From the NCBI GenBank assembly GCA_022813865.1, contig JALDZX010000004.1, positions 310,001 through 374,000 on the forward strand: 64,000 nucleotides of DNA, given 5' to 3'. Position 1 is the stretch's first letter. Every line of letters begins with the position of its first letter. The notes under the pieces were generated by a model, which worked only from the letters and a program-made list of their open reading frames with translations, made no database searches and had not been told where the DNA came from. Shown in pieces: positions 59,445 through 64,000 of the stretch. Both the position numbers and the translations under genes were made by a program. Origin of the DNA: Xylographa opegraphella. Its lineage: Eukaryota.

Positions 59445-61957
59445 TTGAGTCGCCCATCATCATGTGCATCTCTACCACATACCGAGCCAAATGATATCTT
59501 CTCCATATCCGACTCCACATTGTTGATTGGGAACGGGCGAGACGTCAATAATACGAACATCGAACTTTCTCTACGTGAAAAAGCACGATCTCCAATCCAT
59601 AGACACATCTCAGGATGGCGCAGAGGCGTTTCGACGGCTGCCATCACGACTTCCTTAGTTCTCTGCATCAATATTGGGCTTGCTATATGGGCTGCCACTA
59701 GGACCGGAACTCAGGATGGGATTGGGATTCTATACGAAGGCATCTGCAGCAACTCGAGCCAAATCAATACAGGACTCCATCTGGCAATCAATATCTTGAG
59801 TACGCTCTTGCTCGGCGCTGGCAACTACACCATGCAGTGCCTGAGTGCACCAACGCGCGCCGAAGTCGACCACGCTCACAGGCAGGGCCTGTGGCTTGAT
59901 ATCGGCGTATCGAGTGTCCGGAATATATTCAGGATCGGCAGGGGACGTGCAGTTCTGTGGGTGCTTCTTGGCCTGAGCTCCTTACCGCTGCACTTGTTGT
60001 GAGTTGATTTCCTTGGCTGGAATGCTTCTCCTCCTCTGTATGCCGCAGTTCATCAAGTTCCCGGTTAAGGAAGCTGAGCGTGGTGCTCTTGAGACGCCAA
60101 CCGTTCCATGCACATGTTGTGATGCTGAGATGTACAAAATAGTACGAGTCCTGGATTTGTTTCAACCTTATAGGCTGGCCGAGTACGAAGCTAGTTCGTT
60201 ACACAATCTGACTCATGCACGTGCACATTTCCATGTTCAGTGTCCGATTGAAAACTTGTTAGCGGTTGGATCTAATGTCTGTTCTATAGGTATAACTCTA
60301 CGATTCACCAAACCATAGTCGCCAATCAGTATATAGTATTCGTAATCTCAGAGGATTTCCTAAACGGTGCAGCATTCAATGTATCTAGCTGTGTGGCGCA
60401 CGATCCACAATATACATTTACCACAAGTAAAGCAGACTACATTACCGAATATAATTCGGTATTACAGAACTTACAGTTGCAAGATGTTTCCAGCATCCAG
60501 AATCTGAGCAATGAGGCTTGCATCGCGGCTTATGGAGGTTCGTTCGTCACAAATAGGGGTCATGTCTTTGCTGTTTCTCCCAAAGAAGACCCTCCAGGTA
60601 ACAATTCTTTATTAACAGTCTTTTTCCCGCCCCTAATCAAAGTGCAAAGTTATGAGGGAAATTGGGTTTGTACCTCTTCGGCTGCGTACCCAGCTTCGCG
60701 CTGTGATGTCGGCACCTCCAAACCAGATCCTTCGAATTGGAAATTCGTCGGTCACCCAATTGCTTATTGTCTCAGCCAGCAGGCCGAAGAGATTTGCAGA
60801 TTCGAATTCAGTATGCAGCTTTTGCTTGCGGTCATCCTATGTAATCTTATCACGGCCATCTGCATGGCTGTCACGATTTTGCAACAGAAAGAACCGACTT
60901 TGGTGACGATTGGCGATGCTATCTCCTCTTTCCTGGACGCTCCTGATCCGACCACCATCAAGAACTGCATGATGTCCAGAGCAGATGTTGTCAGGGGGAG
61001 GTGGGGGAGACAAAAGCGTTTTCCCTGCGAGCAGATCAGATCACAATCTCCTTTGAGGAGAGCGTGGTCTGCGAAGAGCCAGCGCTGGTTTAGTGCTGCG
61101 TCAGGCAGACGATGGTTGGTCTGTATTTCTCTGTGAGTTGAGTGGACCTCGCTGCTTCCCTCAATTAGACTGAGAGAAGTTCCAGATGTAGCATAGCGTT
61201 GGTCGCGGCCGCGGTGTTACTCTGGATGAGTGTAACTGCCACCAGATCGGATATTTCTACGGTTGACATGAAGACTTTGTGGAACCTCGGATTCGGTGCT
61301 GTCAACGGACAGCTGCTGCTAGACCCCTACGAGCAAGCCCCAGGCGCGGGAAGCCTCATCCCGAACGTACTAGTTGCCAATTTTCCCCAAGTGATCTTCT
61401 CTTGTCTCGACCTGATGTATAACAGCTTATACACGTGTATGCTTCTGGGCCACGAATGGACGAACTATGCATACCAGGGAAAGTCGTTGCGTGTCACCTC
61501 ACCTGCTGGAGAGCAGAGGTCCAGTTATTGGCTCCAACTGCCATACACCTACTCCATCCCACTGATGGTCCTTTCCGGCTTGATGCACTGGTTGATCTCG
61601 CAGAGCCTTTTCCTCGCTCGCATCGGTGAAAAGGATAGCCAAGGTGATATTGTCGTGACCGAGTCGACATGCGGCTACTCGCCTATTGCCATCATATTCA
61701 GTATCATGGTAGGGAGTCTCATGGTCATCGGACTGATCCTCAACGGCTTTCGGCGCTATCGACCAGGTGTCCCGCTGGCTCCAAGCTGCAGTGCGGCAAT
61801 CAGCGCAGCTTGTCATCCTGCCGATGACGGCAACGCCGCACGGTCGAGGGTCAGGTGGGGAGAGGTCAACGCACCCACCACTGACGGCTTAGGGCATTGC
61901 ACTTTCACCTCCGATCTTGATGTGAGGATGCCGACACCAGGACGGCTGTACGAATGA
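59445..61957 (+). CDS. Multi-pass fungal membrane protein (DUF6536-like); introns 59999-60289 and 61133-61185; start uncertain
   Basis: LHLAINILSTLLLGAGNYTMQCLSAPTRAEVDHAH..WLDIGVSSVRN, SSLPLHLLYNS, LVTIGDAISSFL, QRSSYWLQLPY, SCSAAISAACH. Confidence 0.82.
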
Positions 61958-62661
61958 ATGGCCACCATGATCAATCTCGGTGGAAACTGCAGACGGCGAT
62001 GCGTGTGATAGTCGCCAAGGTATCTCAGGGGAGACAACTCCGAGGGTTCGAGGCATGTTTTGTCGTGTGACGGAGATGCAACAGCCCTGGTGACCGCGAG
62101 CGACGTGTGAATGGGAGAGAACAGCAAGACGAAGGGGGAACATGACAGCGGATCCGTATATGGCGAAGGGCCCGTTGGTGGGTTGAAGATAGTTGCTCAC
62201 TTGATAGCATCTGCAAAAGGATGGCTCGTCTACGTGTAGGTGGTGAACACATACCACAAGCCGGCTCAAGCACAAAGAAGGTCCACGGTCTCTTTCTTTA
62301 CTGTTTTTACCGTTACAAGGAGTAGTTCACCTCCGAGGTTTACGCCTGGCCATTCCGCCCTTTCGACCGCCACGGCTCCGGCTTCCTGGCCGGTGGCTTT
62401 CTTTGGCTTGATCGGTACACTGTAATAAGTGCTCCGTACCTTACCGATCCCATCCTCCACAAAAGCGCGTGCGGATCGACCTCTTCCAGCCAGTTTCCTC
62501 TCCGGCACCGGCAATAATAAGAATAAATGAAGGACGAGCACGACGAAGGTGTACGAACGCTTCCGACGACGTGGCCGCTGCTGGCAGTAGTCACCCCACG
62601 CATGGCCAAACCTTGCAACACGCACGCGATCCGTCAGCCACGTTGCAGCAAGCCCAAACAC

Positions 62662-62724
62662 GCTCCTCAAGCTCCTCCCGCTCCTCCCGCTCCTCCCGCT
62701 CCTCCCGCTCCTCCCACTCCTCCT
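62662..62724. repeat. 9-bp minisatellite (GCTCCTCCC)n
   Basis: About 5 near-perfect copies plus degenerate flanking copies. Confidence 0.9.
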
Positions 62725-63539
62725 CTCAGCCATTGCCCCTCGGGTCGCAACATAACAGAACGGCGGACGGAGGTCCACGTGTCATGCTGGGTGGCCAAAG
62801 CACTCCTTCGACTCCAGAAGGGGAAAGCTTCTGGAAGGGAACTTGGCAAGGGTACGGCGCTAAGGCACTAGTCCCATACTTGGCGCCTTGGCTGAGACGG
62901 AGAGTGAAAAGGGGCGACGGCGGAAGTGGGTGGATGAAGTGATTCTAAAGGTATATTCTCCAGATGAAGCAGGACTTGCTGGCTTCTAGCGGTTTCACCA
63001 CGCAGAGACCGGTGGGTAGGGTGTTGGCGCTGCTTGATGCGCTTCATCTACACAGTACGGAGTGTCACTTTGTGGCTGGATGATTGATGTCGGGTTCGCG
63101 GAGTATTTCCTGTTCTATCGAGCGTTGTCGTTTCAACGCCGGTCGGGAGGCTGGATGATGTAAGGTTGTTATGTCGATATTACGGTCCTGGTTTCGAGAT
63201 AGGGTATCCTAGATAGTTAGAAGTGGTCGATAGTATTCCGACTGGGCGGTGAAGAGGCCGTGAGGAGGCCGTGAGATGAAAGTGCTGATACGCAATGTTT
63301 CACAAATGGCAATAATGGGTCGAACGCAGTGTCATCGGGCTGCTCTAACAGCAAGCTCATCCTCTACCACGCTGGCAGTGGTCCGAAGTGAGATCATGGG
63401 AGCCGTCGTTCCGATGCCTGCCGGTGCACCAGCGACCAGCTAAGTAACTACGAAAGGAAAAGTCCTGGATGGCATACGCGTCGCAAACATGCCTATCGCA
63501 ATTTCACGTTGCATTTCACAGCGACACCATCGCCGTAGA

Positions 63540-63998
63540 TTAGCTGCTAGACTCGACTGATCGAGCATTCGCTGGCTCTGCCTCTGTTATCCCACTCCAC
63601 CGCGCCGTCGTTCGTTGTAATAATGGGCTCGTGGGATTCGTCGTAGATGAGATCGGATCGTCACCCACAACGTGCATTGATATGTTATCCGCCCGACCGT
63701 GTCCATAACGTGTCCCCTCGAACGATTGTGCCGGCGTTGGCCCAGCATCTCCACTCCCTAGTTCTCTCACATCCAACCTTCGTGGGCCATGCGGCAGTGG
63801 TGGTCGCCTGAGGACGAGGGAGGGAGGGAGTGAGAGAAGCGACCGAACACGCAGAGGATGTAGGCAGTCGCATGATTGTCGACGTTCTGGCGCAAATTGC
63901 CTTCCTTCCTCTTGCCAAAACGTGGCTTCGAAATAAGGAGGGAGATCCTGTTCGCTCGTGGTGGAATAGCCGTGACTTTTCGTGGAGGCTTCGTAGCT
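63540..63998 (-). CDS. 3' end of a hypothetical protein running off the window
   Basis: The 63540-63776 frame stays open to the window edge (SYEAST..QDLPPYFEAT..); contains a PY-like motif. Confidence 0.45.
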   Translation of the reverse strand, partial: SYEASTKSHGYSTTSEQDLPPYFEATFWQEEGRQFAPERRQSCDCLHPLRVRSLLSLPPSLVLRRPPLPHGPRRLDVRELGSGDAGPTPAQSFEGTRYGHGRADNISMHVVGDDPISSTTNPTSPLLQRTTARWSGITEAEPANARSVESSS

Positions 63999-64000
63999 TG

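Noticed and set aside
62266..62942. ORFs spanning the 9-bp minisatellite (SGR/SSR/PPA repeats)
   Set aside because: Open in several frames because of the repeat; no coding frame could be chosen.
1..64000. CRISPR arrays, transposases, LTRs, rRNA, mating-type locus, secondary-metabolite cluster
   Set aside because: No repeat-spacer arrays, transposon domains, rRNA motifs, HMG/alpha-box genes or PKS/NRPS genes were recognised.

Overview
Gene-dense eukaryotic DNA from a filamentous ascomycete (Pezizomycotina; short GT-AG introns with CTRAC branch points; a finer taxonomic placement is not possible from the sequence alone). About 26 protein-coding loci. Most are conserved housekeeping genes: RPC4, UreD, SCC3, CSL4, RIA1/EFL1, a tandem-PH protein, CWC23, IBA57, DCP2, NCS2, PTM1, a DUF1308 protein, SRP9/21, RNR2, OAC1 and TAF14. 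The most unusual segment is about 7.3-28 kb. Two diverged paralogues of an uncharacterised zinc-finger protein face each other, share three intron positions and a candidate upstream motif, and bracket a ~5 kb GC-rich, strand-skewed, poly-G/C island containing CSL4, an unannotated spliced 77-aa ORF and two further probable spliced transcripts. An aldo-keto reductase pseudogene, an SRPK-like kinase and an NmrA gene follow. Other points: a GT2/Cps1-like gene with degenerate catalytic motifs, a GC-AG intron, and two perfect MCB boxes inside an RNR2 intron. No tRNA, rRNA, CRISPR array or intact transposon was recognised. Gene identities come from motif recognition, not database searches; exon boundaries were read by hand.
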